This document shows positions 13,101-24,377 of a stretch of 64,000 nucleotides of DNA, in pieces. The notes below the pieces were generated by a model, which was not told the DNA's origin, ran no database searches, and saw only the letters and a program-made list of their open reading frames with translations. Each line of letters opens with the position of its first letter. Positions within the stretch are counted from its first letter, which is position 1. The stretch covers positions 1,674,860 through 1,738,859 of the forward strand of contig OZ316893.1 of NCBI GenBank assembly GCA_973895155.1. The letters are read 5' to 3'. Origin of the DNA: Marsupella aquatica. Its lineage: Eukaryota; Plantae; Marchantiophyta. The position numbers were made by a program, and so were the translations under genes.

Positions 13101-13828
13101 CACTGCTTTCACCCCTCATTCCATTTCACTCGCCCCTATGGAGACTAAAACGCTTTCTTCCCCCATGGACCAGTTAGAAAAGCCAATTGAAACAAAATCA
13201 TGAAAGACCTCAAATTGAGAAACTTGAGTTGAGGCAAAGAAATAATAACCTGTTCACGAATTAAGCATGTGTACATAGATGGCTGTTGAACTTCATTCAT
13301 TACAGTCTGGTTTCCTTTGTTTGTAAGCATTGGCAAAAAGGAATGCTACAGTAGCTAGAAACATGAAAACTGTGGATCTCAAAATAATTCATGAGACCAA
13401 ACCTTACTGAGCTGGGAATAAGTTAGGAAGTTTTGATCAAGTTCTCCCTTTGGAGTCAAGTATAGCCTGACAAGTAACTAGCTGTACATTAGATCTCACA
13501 AAGCACTTATCATACATAACACCTACTCTGTATAGATGATCAAAATTTGTTCAAAATCTCTCAACCAATGATTCGATCCAACTGTCAAGGATCTAGAGCA
13601 TACTTTGAATAAAAACCAGACTAAAATTTGTTAAGTCTCTCTACAAAAAATGATTTGAGAAAATATTGGAGAATCCACTGTAGAAGAATTTGACTATTGA
13701 TGGAAGGTTGTTCTAGGGTAGAAACTTATCAATGCTTTTGGGAAAACAAGGAATTAGTGGATACAAGTTGTTAAACACTCCTGGAAGTAAGCACTCCCTC
13801 ATTGAAGAGATTGAAACACCAATTTGGC

Positions 13829-16184
13829 TTACATTGGGGATGCCATAGGAGGGACTGTGGGGAGGGCGGGAGCTGCACTAGATGTAGCAGGTGGAGCGGG
13901 AGGGGGAGCTGTGGTTGGGGTTGGATTTGACACCTTTGCACCTCCTCCTGGTTTTGGTTGTGGGACCTTCAAACTACTCATTAGATTTGTGATTGGCTTC
14001 TTCTGACTGAAAGGAGTTGTATGCATCAAAGAGTAATAGTGGACAGCATATTGGGTGATTTCACATGAATTGTTGTCAAAGTTGAACAATGGATTCTTCT
14101 CCACCTAATTTTCACAAGCCAAAGAACTCTGAATGAGGAAGGAGTGACTAAAATATTTTATAATCTGGTTTTGAGACTTCCCTTTATATAGAGAGAGAGT
14201 CCCTTGGGACCTTCTCAAATGTTTTTTACAGTGACACTTATTAAACTTGAGATGTGTGTTCTTGGGGTTTACAAATATTAGATTCCATAATGATTGCAGA
14301 AGGACAGATGAGACTCTACAAGATTGAGTTTATTGTTCACCTTGCTCCAATAGCCCAACGGTAATTGCACATCAAAAAGTGACAATATATGATTTAACAT
14401 GTCACTCCATACCATGATAATCCAATTATTTTGTTTAAATACTGGATGCTTGTAGATACGCATCTAATTGTCTTTTTTGATGTGCAATTACCAGGTTGCC
14501 AATCTAAATACCTTTCTCAAGTCACTGTAATATATATATATATATATATATGAGTTCAAATTAAGTTTGATGTTTTAAGATAATGGTAGAAAAATCATTA
14601 ATTTATCACTGCAAGCCAAAAATGAAGCTTGTGTTATGCTAAGAGTCCATAACATGGCAACCTATTTGGACAATAGAGACAATAGAGTGGTCTAGCAACT
14701 TCTTTGAACAACCAATCTTTGCCATTGATTGCAGTTAATTAATGATCATTTCAAAAAACCAAAAATTGCTCTTGTAAGCTCATTTGAAGTTTCAAAAGAG
14801 CAGTAAATGAGTAATGTTCTGAATAGATTGACTGAAAGAGAACTCAGAGTCCCTTGAAATTTACTTTTAGGAGAAAGCTAGGGACGTGTCTTCTATCAAC
14901 TCCAACTATATATGGAACCAATGTGATCATGAGTGAGGGTCTCAATTTTATCACAATTTGGATACTCCTCTCAGTCTGGATTCTTATTATTGGAAAATGA
15001 GAGCAAAATGATGGCGCAGGCATACCAATGGGGTACTAATCCAACCATACTCTTGGTTAATAGTTTGTGGAAGCTCATATTTCTCAGGAGGTGTTTTATC
15101 AATGTCTTTTATCATAGAATACTTTTGCAACCATCTTTTATAGTTCGCCAACTCCTCCTCGGAAACTGTTGAGCTTCAAGCCAAAGACCCATACATCCTC
15201 TTTGAATCATAATTGAAATAACTTTGTTCATGGTGCTAAGCAAACTAAGGGAACCCTCAAATACATCACTTATGTTCCACATAGCAAGTGAATGAGCAAT
15301 AAGCCAACAGAGTCTTTACAATCCAGCCCACAATCCAGTCCACCATATAAGATACACGTTCAAAGCAAGGTCTCACCTCTTCTTTTGCAGTTGATTTGTT
15401 AGTAAAACATAAAATTCAAAAAACAAAATAAGGCTAAAACCCCACACAGAGATGCATAATTGGTGAGTATTACATATATAATCTGGGATGTCCAATGACT
15501 CGGGAGATTCTACAGATATACTTAGTGGTACTAGAAGTCTGTTGAGGTAGTGCACTAGGATGCATGATTGCAATTTGATCTAGTTTGCTAGGTACCCTAG
15601 TAAACGAGGGGTATGAAAAAATGGTACTTAAGGTAGTGGTTTGGAATAGCTTACCATGGAGGGAAGGCCAGAAATTAGTTGGAGGTTGGCACATGTAATG
15701 TGCTGCACAACATCAAACATTACGTGTGAGCTACCATGATGAGAATTCATGCTACACTTTTTACAACGGACACAAGGCCCACTCCAAGAAGTATATTCAT
15801 ACATACTGACTCTGAAATCTCTTCAGCACAGAATCCCTTCGTAATAAATCTCTCCATGAACCATATATAAAATAAACACATCTATCTACAAATTATCAAC
15901 ATTTGCAAAGTTTTAAAGGCTGGGGAAAAAGACAAATTATTCTGATTAAATAAAAATCCATGTCTTTTCAACAGGGTTGTATGTAGATGGGGTTTACTAG
16001 TGAATGGATTGAATGCAAATTCGCCAGGTTCTTGTATTAGGGCTTCCACCTTCTCACAATGCTCTTTCCATATTCTACATGCTGAGACATCATCAATATC
16101 GGTGCCACCACCGGGTGGAGCTCTGCCAATCGCTGGGGACTTTGGAGGAGAGGGCCCTCGTTTCTTTGGAGCAATGTTTGTCAT
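13829..16184 (-). CDS. FAM183/CFAP144-like cilia/flagella-associated protein with a Pro-rich tail (~200 aa)
   Basis: Exons 16184-15998, 15165-15026 and 14104-13829 have GT-AG borders and join in frame (603 nt): ...DDVSACRIWKEHCEKV...FAFNPFT-ISEEELANYKRWLQ...KTPPEKYELPQTINQEYGWISTPL-VEKNPLFNFDNNSCEITQYAVHYY. The PxxKYxxPQTxxQExGWxxxPL and CxITxY motifs are typical of FAM183. Additional small internal exons cannot be excluded. Confidence 0.8.
14530..14551. repeat. (AT)n microsatellite, intronic
   Basis: About 11 perfect AT units. Confidence 0.9.
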
Positions 16185-16540
16185 TGTGCAATTATTTATA
16201 GCTCACAGTCTTGAGAAAGTTCTAAAGATGTGCAGTCGTTAACCTCATAGGATGGGATACTATTGATCCAACGCCCATATAATAGTTGTTTGCAGAGCTA
16301 AAGTACTCTTAAATGGATGGAGTTTGCTTGACAATCAAGAGGAAATATGTCAACTTTAGGTTTCCACTATATTCTATCTGTTCCTATGACATATTGATTC
16401 CACACTTGATAGAGTATAAACCACTCTTATTCAAGTATTAAGAAAATTGCTTTTCCCTGGCTGTGCTAGTATAGATAATTATGTTCATTGAGAATTATAT
16501 CTGTCAAAGCATAAATAAGGCCTCAAATGAGGCAACCTAA

Positions 16541-16895
16541 GGGCTTCTTGCATGTGGGCAGCCCTTACTTAAATGTAGCCCTCAATTTAACGCATGGCAT
16601 GAGATGATTGACTGAGAATTTAAATGCCTGCGCTCTCTCCTCAGGCAGGCCTGACGGCATTATTGTGGAGAACCAAGGGCAAAGGCTGGAAACCTTCAGC
16701 CCCTTGAGTTCCTTACTTATGAAATGTGAATAAAAGATGTGCCTCTCAATAATCTGGAGTTGAAAACAATGACACAAGGCTTGCTCAGTTGACATGTAGC
16801 TGGGCAAAAAGATCCATTGCAATCATCTTTTTTCCAACATTTTAGGGAATCCAAATGACCAAAATTTTGAGGGCTGCCTACATGCAAGTCAGCCC
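16541..16895. mobile_element. Tourist-like (PIF/Harbinger) MITE upstream of the CFAP144-like gene
   Basis: Left TIR GGGCTTCTTGCATGTGGGCAGCCCT; right end reverse complement GGGCTGACTTGCATGTAGGCAGCCCT; TAA TSD at 16538-16540 and 16896-16898. Confidence 0.85.
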
Positions 16896-18039
16896 TAAGC
16901 AGTCAAGAAATTCATTGTACTTGGAAAACAAAAGTTGGGAATCTATGGAGCTTTTTACGTGTTGGACTTAATAGAAGCAGACTAGAATTACAAGAAGTTT
17001 GCTTGTGAGGCTATTGGTGCCCTTGGGCGCGCTGGGGATTATTCCCACAATGTCTTGGTAACTAAGGAACAAATCCTTCCATCGTACATAAATTCTGTAA
17101 GATGTTTCTTGTTGAATCAGTTGCAAAAGTGGTCACATATCATAAACCAACTGCCAATGAATGTTTAACTTTTGTGAAGAACTCCCTAAGTAGTTTGTGC
17201 ATGATTGGAAAATGACAACTTTTGGCCAGGAAGGATCCCCTGATTAGCTTGGAAATGAGAAGCAACTTACCATTGGGTTAAAAAAAACGAAATCAGCTCT
17301 TGACTATTGCAGCTGGTTTTACTGAAGCCCATTTACGCAAGTCTTCTTAGATGTTCTGTGCCAGTCCATCCAGGCTTTGGATAATTATCTGGGCTTCATA
17401 GCAAACTTTACAGTCCATATGTCTTTTTTTCATTCTAGAAAGTTCAATTTAATTTCAAATAATTATTAAATAATTACATTATGATGACTTGAGAAAGGTC
17501 TATAGATTGGGTGAGTGGCAAGGGGAACTTAAAAAGTCAGTCCTGAAGCATCACGTACTGTCCCTTTGCTAAACCCTGAACCCTTATGGAATGTAATATT
17601 TGTTTGCATTGGTATGAGATTCAGCTTGCAGAAAGTGTGTCACCAGGATAGTGCACTGGGGGAATTTTTAAGAGAGAAGTGAAACTAGGATACTTAGAGC
17701 AGTTTCTGAGTGCCATTACTATGGTGAAGATACAGTCACACAGTAGTGGGGCTAGTTCTTTTGCATTTGTGTGAGACTCGATGTTCGTGTGGTTCTTTGG
17801 TCTTTCTGGTTTTCCACTTGTTTCCTCCCCCTTTTTGAGTCTCTTGCCTTTTTTATTTTGTCTCTGACAATGTGAAAAATATACTGATGAAAACCCCTTT
17901 GAGTCGTGTTTTTGTGTGTTGGTTGGTTTCCTGGGGATTTTCATTTTTTCTCACTGCCACGTACTTATCGGATCTCCGGTCTTTTTTCATTGGTCTCCCT
18001 GTTAATTTGGAGCTTGAAAGTGGCCTTGATATTATGCTG

Positions 18040-19125
18040 AGTGACAAATATTTTTTTGGCCATCCATCCATCGTAAGCTATTTTGCAATCACTAGCTACC
18101 TGAAGTACCATTTGATGATGCCCTTCTTTTAGTAAGGTACCCACAAACTAGATTGAAATTTTGATCGTGCATTCTGGAGTATTACCTAAATTATGGCATT
18201 CTAATACCACTGAATATGTTAAGAATTGCCTGAGCCATATGACATTCCAGTATTTGATATTCACCAATGATGCATCTGTGTCCTTTACCATTTTCCCATT
18301 TCATTTTGAAAGCACGGTTTAGAAACAACTAAAACTCCACAACAATAGTTTAGACCTTTGTTTTAATAAGCTTTGTGTATCTTACATAATGGAGTGGATT
18401 GCAAATTAATTAAAGTTTTGCTTGCATGTTTGCTTATTGTTTGTGTGCAACAGAAGTGATGCATTTGAGAGTTTCCTTAATTTGCTAATCATGAACAAAG
18501 TTACTTCATTTATACTTCAAAAAGGATGTCATATGCTTCTTTGGCTTGAAGCTCAACAGTTTCCAAGGAGGAGTTAGAAACCTACAAAAATAGTTGCATA
18601 AGTACTCTCTGATAGAAAAACATTGATATAATATCTCCCAAGAAATATGAACTCCCACAAACTATCAATCAAGAGTATGGTTTTATTTGTACCGGATTTG
18701 TATTAATCCCTACCCCATCAGATTGTCCTCAATTTTCCAGATATTAAGAATCAAGAGTGAGAGTAATTTCAAAAATAGTGATAAATTTGAGAGTCTCACT
18801 CACAATCTCATGCAAAAGTTTCATTTAATTGGAGCTGACTGGAAATATCTACATTAACCTATTTAAAGCACACTTTAATTTTCAAGGGATTCTTGGTTTG
18901 GGTTCTCTTCACGTTATTCTACTCACTTATATTACTTGTTTTGAAACTTTCAACATGCACTTACAATAACTATGTGAACGACTGACTTTTTCTTTTCTTT
19001 TTGCAATGATCTTTGATTATTTGGCATCAATGGCAAAGACTGAGAACGTCCCATTCTAAGTTTCAGCCAATGATAGGGATTATATTCTTGTGGTTGTTTT
19101 AAGAAGTTGCTATACCACTCTTCTT
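18040..19125 (+). pseudogene. Inverted, decayed duplicate of the CFAP144-like gene interior (copy of ~15690-14680)
   Basis: Colinear with the reverse complement of 14680-15690, introns included. The exon copy at ~18560-18695 follows TTGGCTTGAAGCTCAACAG and encodes SKEELETYK, then frameshifts into SPKKYELPQTINQEYGF. Confidence 0.85.
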
Positions 19126-19169
19126 CTTTTTGAGGGCCTAGTTGAGTTTGACCTAGTCGAGGTTAACTG

Positions 19170-19862
19170 GACAGTGTTTTCTATCCATTTGTCCACCCGG
19201 CCAAGTCAAAAGAGAAACCACAAGTGAGAGGGGAAGCTTCCGGGGTGAAGTGAAATTTTCCCCTGCAAGACCTTAGGGTGACAGGTGAAATGGCTGGGCG
19301 AACTTACAGCTGTGGTTACAGTGCTGTCTATCGATATGTCCGCCCGGCCCTGTCCAAAGGAGAAACAAGGGGTGAAGGGGGAACTTCCAGGTGACGTAAA
19401 ATGTCACCTGCAAGACCCTAGGGTGACAGGTGAAATGGCCAAGCCAAGCGGCCATCTTACACTTACAGGTGTCGTTAGAGTGCTGTCTAGCCACATGTCC
19501 GCTCGGCCCTGTCCAAAGAGATACCTACAAGGGGTGAGAGGGGGAACTTTGGGGCGAAGTGAAATTGTCCCTTGCAAGACCCTAGGGTGCACAGGTGAAA
19601 TGGCCGGGCGAAGCCGCCACCTTACAGCTGTGGTTACAGCTCTGTCTATTACACTTACAGCTGTGGTTACAGCTCTGACTATTACACTTACAGCTGTGGT
19701 TACAGCTCTGTCTATTACACTTACAGCTGTGGTTACAGCTCTGTCTATCCACCTGTTCATCCAACCGTGTCCAAGGAGAAACAAGGGCCAGGTGAGAGGG
19801 GGATCTTCCGGGGGAAGTGAAATGACCCCTTCAAGACCCTAGGGTGACAGGGGAAATGGCCT
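19170..19862. repeat. Compound minisatellite: ~4 units of ~150-160 bp with a nested 33-bp repeat x4
   Basis: Anchor CAAGACC(C/T)TAGGGTG(C)ACAGG(T/G)GAAATGGC near 19266, 19412, 19575 and 19832. CTTACAGCTGTGGTTACAGCTCTG(T/A)CTATTACA at 19621, 19654, 19687 and 19720 (last copy truncated). Confidence 0.95.
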
Positions 19863-20654
19863 GGTCAAGCCACCAAGAGAAGCGCCAAACGTAAAGCATA
19901 TACATATTTGTAAGATACGCTTTTCAGCCAGCAAACGTCCAAATGCAAAGGATCATTTTGTAAGATCCACCCTTCTGCCGGCCTTATGGAAACAGCATGA
20001 AAGGACAAGCACTACAATAGCAAGGGGCAGCAAAGTCTCAAATCACCCAAGCCCATGAGTCAAATTGGCCTCGACAAAACCAACAAAATAATAGGGACAA
20101 AACCAATAAAATAGGACGGAAACTAAATAATCCGTAGAAGCCACATATGGCAGGAGTGGCAGCCATGAAATATCAAGGTCGAGTCAAAGCTCAGACCAGC
20201 TTTTCTGCCGTCCTCTCACCAATACGAACTTTTAAACACAACGGACAGGGCTGCACAACTGTCTGTTTTGGAGAACATATATTGTAGATGTTCTCAGAGA
20301 TTTGAGGTTTTCAGGTTGACACGGGCTCTGAATTGGCCATTTCTCGAATGGTCACCGTCGAGACGACCTTTTCGAGTTGGAGCATTAGTTGGTTCTGGCG
20401 ATTGGGCGAGGGATTCCAAGCACCATCGACAAAGTTGCATAGACTCACTGTCGGAGAGAGCTGGACCTCGTGATTTATCGAATGACAGTTAATTTGGGGA
20501 TCTGACATCGCTGAAGAAGAAATGTCGGTTCAGTGCATTTCATGTCATTCTACGAGTTCAAGGGGCTTGGAATCAAGTCTCGAGGGCTGAAACGGACGAC
20601 AGATGCGTTCGTGATTGACCAGCTGATCGAGCCAACCCATTTTGGTCGGGAAGT

Positions 20655-22280
20655 ATGGATCGCCTAGTGATTGTGGATCCGCCGGACGTGACCATGCGGT
20701 TCGAGCTCGAGAAGAGGTCTGTGGGGAGAGTGCAGTTGAGAAACGTGATGCATACAATGCCCGTGGCCTTCTCAATCCAAACTTCTGCTCCAACCAAATA
20801 CGTGATAAGGCCGCCTCACGCTGTGCTTGCACCTCTCGGGGTTATGACAGTCGAAATCATCATGAACCCGCAGAATGAGCTCCCCGACAGCTTTCCAAGT
20901 TGCCGAGACAAGTTCATAGTCAAGACCGTGGTTGTTCCAGGGAACTTCAAGAGCAAAGATGCCGTGAAGGTGGATTGGTTCACCGCAAAGAAGAAGGCGG
21001 TCTTCAGCGATACAGGGCTGAAGGTAACTCTTGTAGGGGGAGGAATTCTCAGGGCGCTCATGAGAAAGGGGAGAGTGGAGCTGATCAGAGAGGTGCTGGA
21101 GCGAGATCCCACGGTCGCCGATGCTGCCGACGAGCAAGGACAGAGGGCGATGCATTTGGCAATTTCGATGATTAGACCCGAGCTAGTTCAGATTCTTCTG
21201 GAATATCGAGTAAATCTAGAGCTGAAGAACAAACTAGACCAGACGCCACTCCAACAAGCTGCGCAGGCGGGAAACGCGCTCATAACCGAGCTGTTACTGG
21301 CAAATGGAGCTGACCTTGAGGCAAGGGATGCTTCCGGAAGGACTGCTCTACATTTTGCGACCCTGAGAGGGCACTACGATGTCATGAAGCTGCTGCTCGA
21401 CCACAGAGCAGATGTGGACGCCGCAATGAATGACCAGCGGTCTGCACTGCACATTGCGGTGAGCCAGGGTCACAAGAAGTGTGTCCAATTGCTCCTGGGC
21501 AAGGGCTGCAATCTCGACGCTCAGGGCCCAGAAGGAAGCACAGTGCTGCACATGGCTGCTGCTCGTGGTCAGGTTTCTCTCGTCAAAGCTTTGTTGCGCA
21601 AAGGGGCTAACAGGGAAGCGAAAAACCATCAAGGGCGAACTCCGTATCAAGAGGCTGAAGAATTCGCCAATGATAAGCTTTTAATGGACTTGCTTTACTT
21701 GGGAGAGAGTTTGAGGGAGTCTGCGAGAAAGGGCGAGGTCAGAAGCGTCAAAAAGCTCATGAGGCAAGGTGCGGTCGTTGATGGAGAGGATCAATACGGG
21801 TGGACTGCGCTCCAGAGAGCGGCATTCAAAGGACGGATCGACGTCGTCAAATGCCTCGTAGAAAAAGGGGCCAATTTGGATCACCACGACAAGGATGGTT
21901 GCACTGCTCTTCACATGGCTGTGGAATCATGTCAGAAAGACGTCGTCCGGTTTCTCTTGGATAGCGGCGCCAATGTGAATGCCGTTACTAAGAGAGGCCA
22001 GGCCCCTCTCCAACTCGCCGCTGATTTCAATTATCAGGGAATCATTCGAATTTTAGTGAAGGCCGGCGCTCTGACTGACGTGCTTGGCACTTTAGACAGA
22101 CAGTTCTCAGAGTTCTTGAACGCCGAACACGACGGGAAGGAAAGATATTCAGATGGCAACACGGACGCCAAACTAGCAACAAGCAGAAAGTATCATCCAG
22201 CACTTGTTCAGTACTGCCGTCCCGGTGTCGGGTCCCAGCCCAAACCTGTTGTCACCTTTGCGTGCGAGCTGAGAGACTAG
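20655..22280 (+). CDS. VPY: VAPYRIN (N-terminal MSP/VAP domain + ankyrin repeats), 541 aa, intronless CDS
   Basis: MDRLV start, LRNVMHTMPVAF, LPDSFP, VVVPG and DWFTAKKKAVFSD..KVTLVG match the VAPYRIN clade rather than VAPYRIN-LIKE. About 9-10 ankyrin repeats follow (GRTALHFA, GSTVLHMAA, GWTALQRAAFKG, GCTALHMAV). Confidence 0.93.
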   Translation: MDRLVIVDPPDVTMRFELEKRSVGRVQLRNVMHTMPVAFSIQTSAPTKYVIRPPHAVLAPLGVMTVEIIMNPQNELPDSFPSCRDKFIVKTVVVPGNFKSKDAVKVDWFTAKKKAVFSDTGLKVTLVGGGILRALMRKGRVELIREVLERDPTVADAADEQGQRAMHLAISMIRPELVQILLEYRVNLELKNKLDQTPLQQAAQAGNALITELLLANGADLEARDASGRTALHFATLRGHYDVMKLLLDHRADVDAAMNDQRSALHIAVSQGHKKCVQLLLGKGCNLDAQGPEGSTVLHMAAARGQVSLVKALLRKGANREAKNHQGRTPYQEAEEFANDKLLMDLLYLGESLRESARKGEVRSVKKLMRQGAVVDGEDQYGWTALQRAAFKGRIDVVKCLVEKGANLDHHDKDGCTALHMAVESCQKDVVRFLLDSGANVNAVTKRGQAPLQLAADFNYQGIIRILVKAGALTDVLGTLDRQFSEFLNAEHDGKERYSDGNTDAKLATSRKYHPALVQYCRPGVGSQPKPVVTFACELRD

Positions 22281-24099
22281 AAAAACCTGTCCATGTTCAC
22301 TTCGATCGACACAGCTCGATCGTGGATTTATTTTGGCAGAAGGTTGGCTGTAGTCGATCTGAGTCGGATTGCCCGATTTTCTACAGCTCTAGGTTGAACC
22401 ACCGTGCGTGCCCAGTTTCCTCTGAACTGAATTCATTCAAGTGAGTTGCCGACAACCTCTTACTCTGCTGGCAAATGCGTCGTGGAAAGTGATCTAAGGG
22501 TCGAATTCGTTGAGAGCATGCACGACTGCAACGAAGCTTCAAGAAACAAGTGCGAAAAGTGATATGCACGCGACTCCGATATGACCCGAGGTCGTGAGGC
22601 CGCAGAGAAAAAGCAGCTGCAACGTACTTGGCTAAGTTTCGATTGGTTTGATGATTTTAATATTCCTTCAGAGGATTACAATTGTATACATAGGGTGTGG
22701 CTACCAGGCCGATAGTAGATCTTCTACCGAAGATCAAGCTGGGCTTGCATATATGGTGATTGAAAGTTCTTCGAGAGCAAACGCTGGAGTAAGCCTCAGA
22801 CGGAGGCAGTCTGGCGGTAATAATTAAGTTGAGGTTTCAATATCCTGCCCGTATCAGCTCAATGGTTCAAGACGATTGTTGCGGCAGTGCATTCATGTGC
22901 TGTATATAGGTCAATGGATTAAGTTAACTACTTTAGATATCCTCCACGATTTTTCTGCCACGCATCGTAGCGATCATATCCATTGAACGTACATTCTTTC
23001 GATCCAGAGACAACTGGAGGAAAATCATGGCCGCCCGCGCACACCTTGTAACAAATGTTTCGATGTACCCACGAGGGCGATTTATCCTAGAAAAATCTAG
23101 ATCAAGTTTTTGTGAGTACTACTGAAGAATATGTACATCATGAAAGGAATTGACATCGTCGATGAATTCCATTCAGTTTTGACCCTAAAGTATCTCTTTT
23201 GAAAACCCAGATAAGATGACCATGATTTCCAATTTGATGCTTCCCTTGAGAGTTTGGATGCCTTGGGTTTGAAGGGAGGTACCAATCAAAAAGCTTCTGT
23301 AGTATTTTGAATTGTCCACAAGCGTGAAGCTTGGTCCACTTTGAGAACATTTTACAATTTCAGCATTTGAATATATGATGAAAACAGTCACTCGATCTAC
23401 TCTACCTGATTTTCCATTGATGAGTTCGACCGTTCGAAGACCTTTCACTCTCTCTCACTTTTCGATGTCCCCGAATATATATCAGCCCACAGTTTCATCA
23501 CGAGGGTGGCCTTGCTCGAGCTCTCTTTAGTGACTACAGAATCTGCAATTGTGATGAGTTGCAGCTCTGGTGTGTGAGAGTTCATGAGGAATTTCAGCTT
23601 GCAACAATCTTATCACAATTCAACAGCATTTATCACATTTCGGAATCGCAGTCTCCATATATGAGTACGTGATCTGTGCGCTCACGTAAAGCAAGCTTCA
23701 GATGATGTCAGTGGGGGCATTAATTCCGAGTTGCAATGCAATATGTTTCAGACGTTCCTCTGAAGGAAATTATATCCGATGGACTCGTCCACATTTCAAA
23801 TGCCTTTCCTATAATTGTGTTGTGTGTAATTTCCAGCATTATTTGAAACGTGAGCTTTGGCTTCTTGTTGCTTCATTGCAACATATGTCTTAGGTAGATT
23901 GCAAAATTGAAGTATTAGTATATTCACGATTGAAAACCACTCTTCAAGCCTATGGATCATATGAGTCTTGGAGCATACCTGAAGTGGGGGTGCAAGTTGA
24001 AATCCAAAATGAGGGCAGATGGAGTTAATCTGGGTCAACCACCTAAAGATAGATATGACAATGAGTTCAATAACCAATCTTGTGCTCTGGAGACAAAGG

Positions 24100-24377
24100 G
24101 CCCCAAAAAAACAAGGGCTTTAGCCCAAGTTTTCGGGGCTATTATTGTTCACGGGCCTATGGCCGTGCGTTGCACTGTGCAAGGAGGGTTGGTTCATAGG
24201 GAGTCGGGCCAGAGCATTTATGAGGCACAATATGCGTTAGGGGTGTCCATTTCCTCCATCAATGATCAAGGAAAACAGACAAATGAATCCAACGACTGAG
24301 GATCTTTCCTGCCCAGGAGATTTTTTGTATTGTGACGACGGACCAAAAACAAAGGGATCCCTTGTTATAGTTGTAGA
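24100..24377 (-). mobile_element. 5' part of a non-autonomous Helitron-like repeat (same family as 38261-38802)
   Basis: Minus strand starts A|TCTACAACTATAACAAGGGATCC and aligns over ~230 bp with 38261-38500 (shared GTTGGATTC, CATTGATGGA, CACCCCTAAC, GGCCCGACTCCCTA, CCCTCCTTGCAC). 3' end not identified. Confidence 0.65.

Noticed and set aside
9650-13400. Scattered short ORFs suggesting a transposase or LINE relic
   Set aside because: No recognisable catalytic motifs or termini; too degraded to call.
15370-15890. Extra CFAP144-like exons (~15884-15807 plus a 5-nt microexon at ~15380, or ~15538-15474)
   Set aside because: Phase-compatible but with weak splice sites and no family motif; the direct 15998>15165 join already preserves the frame.
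19621-19748. 33-bp repeats as a CRISPR array
   Set aside because: The repeats are head-to-tail with no unique spacers, there are no cas genes, and the context is eukaryotic.
19285-19842. 185-aa ORF with LTAVVTALSIT repeats and its antisense Cys-rich ORFs
   Set aside because: By-product of the 33-bp and ~155-bp tandem repeats; no independent coding evidence.
22850-22900. AGCTCAATGGT A-box-like motif (tRNA or SINE)
   Set aside because: No B-box or acceptor stem downstream.
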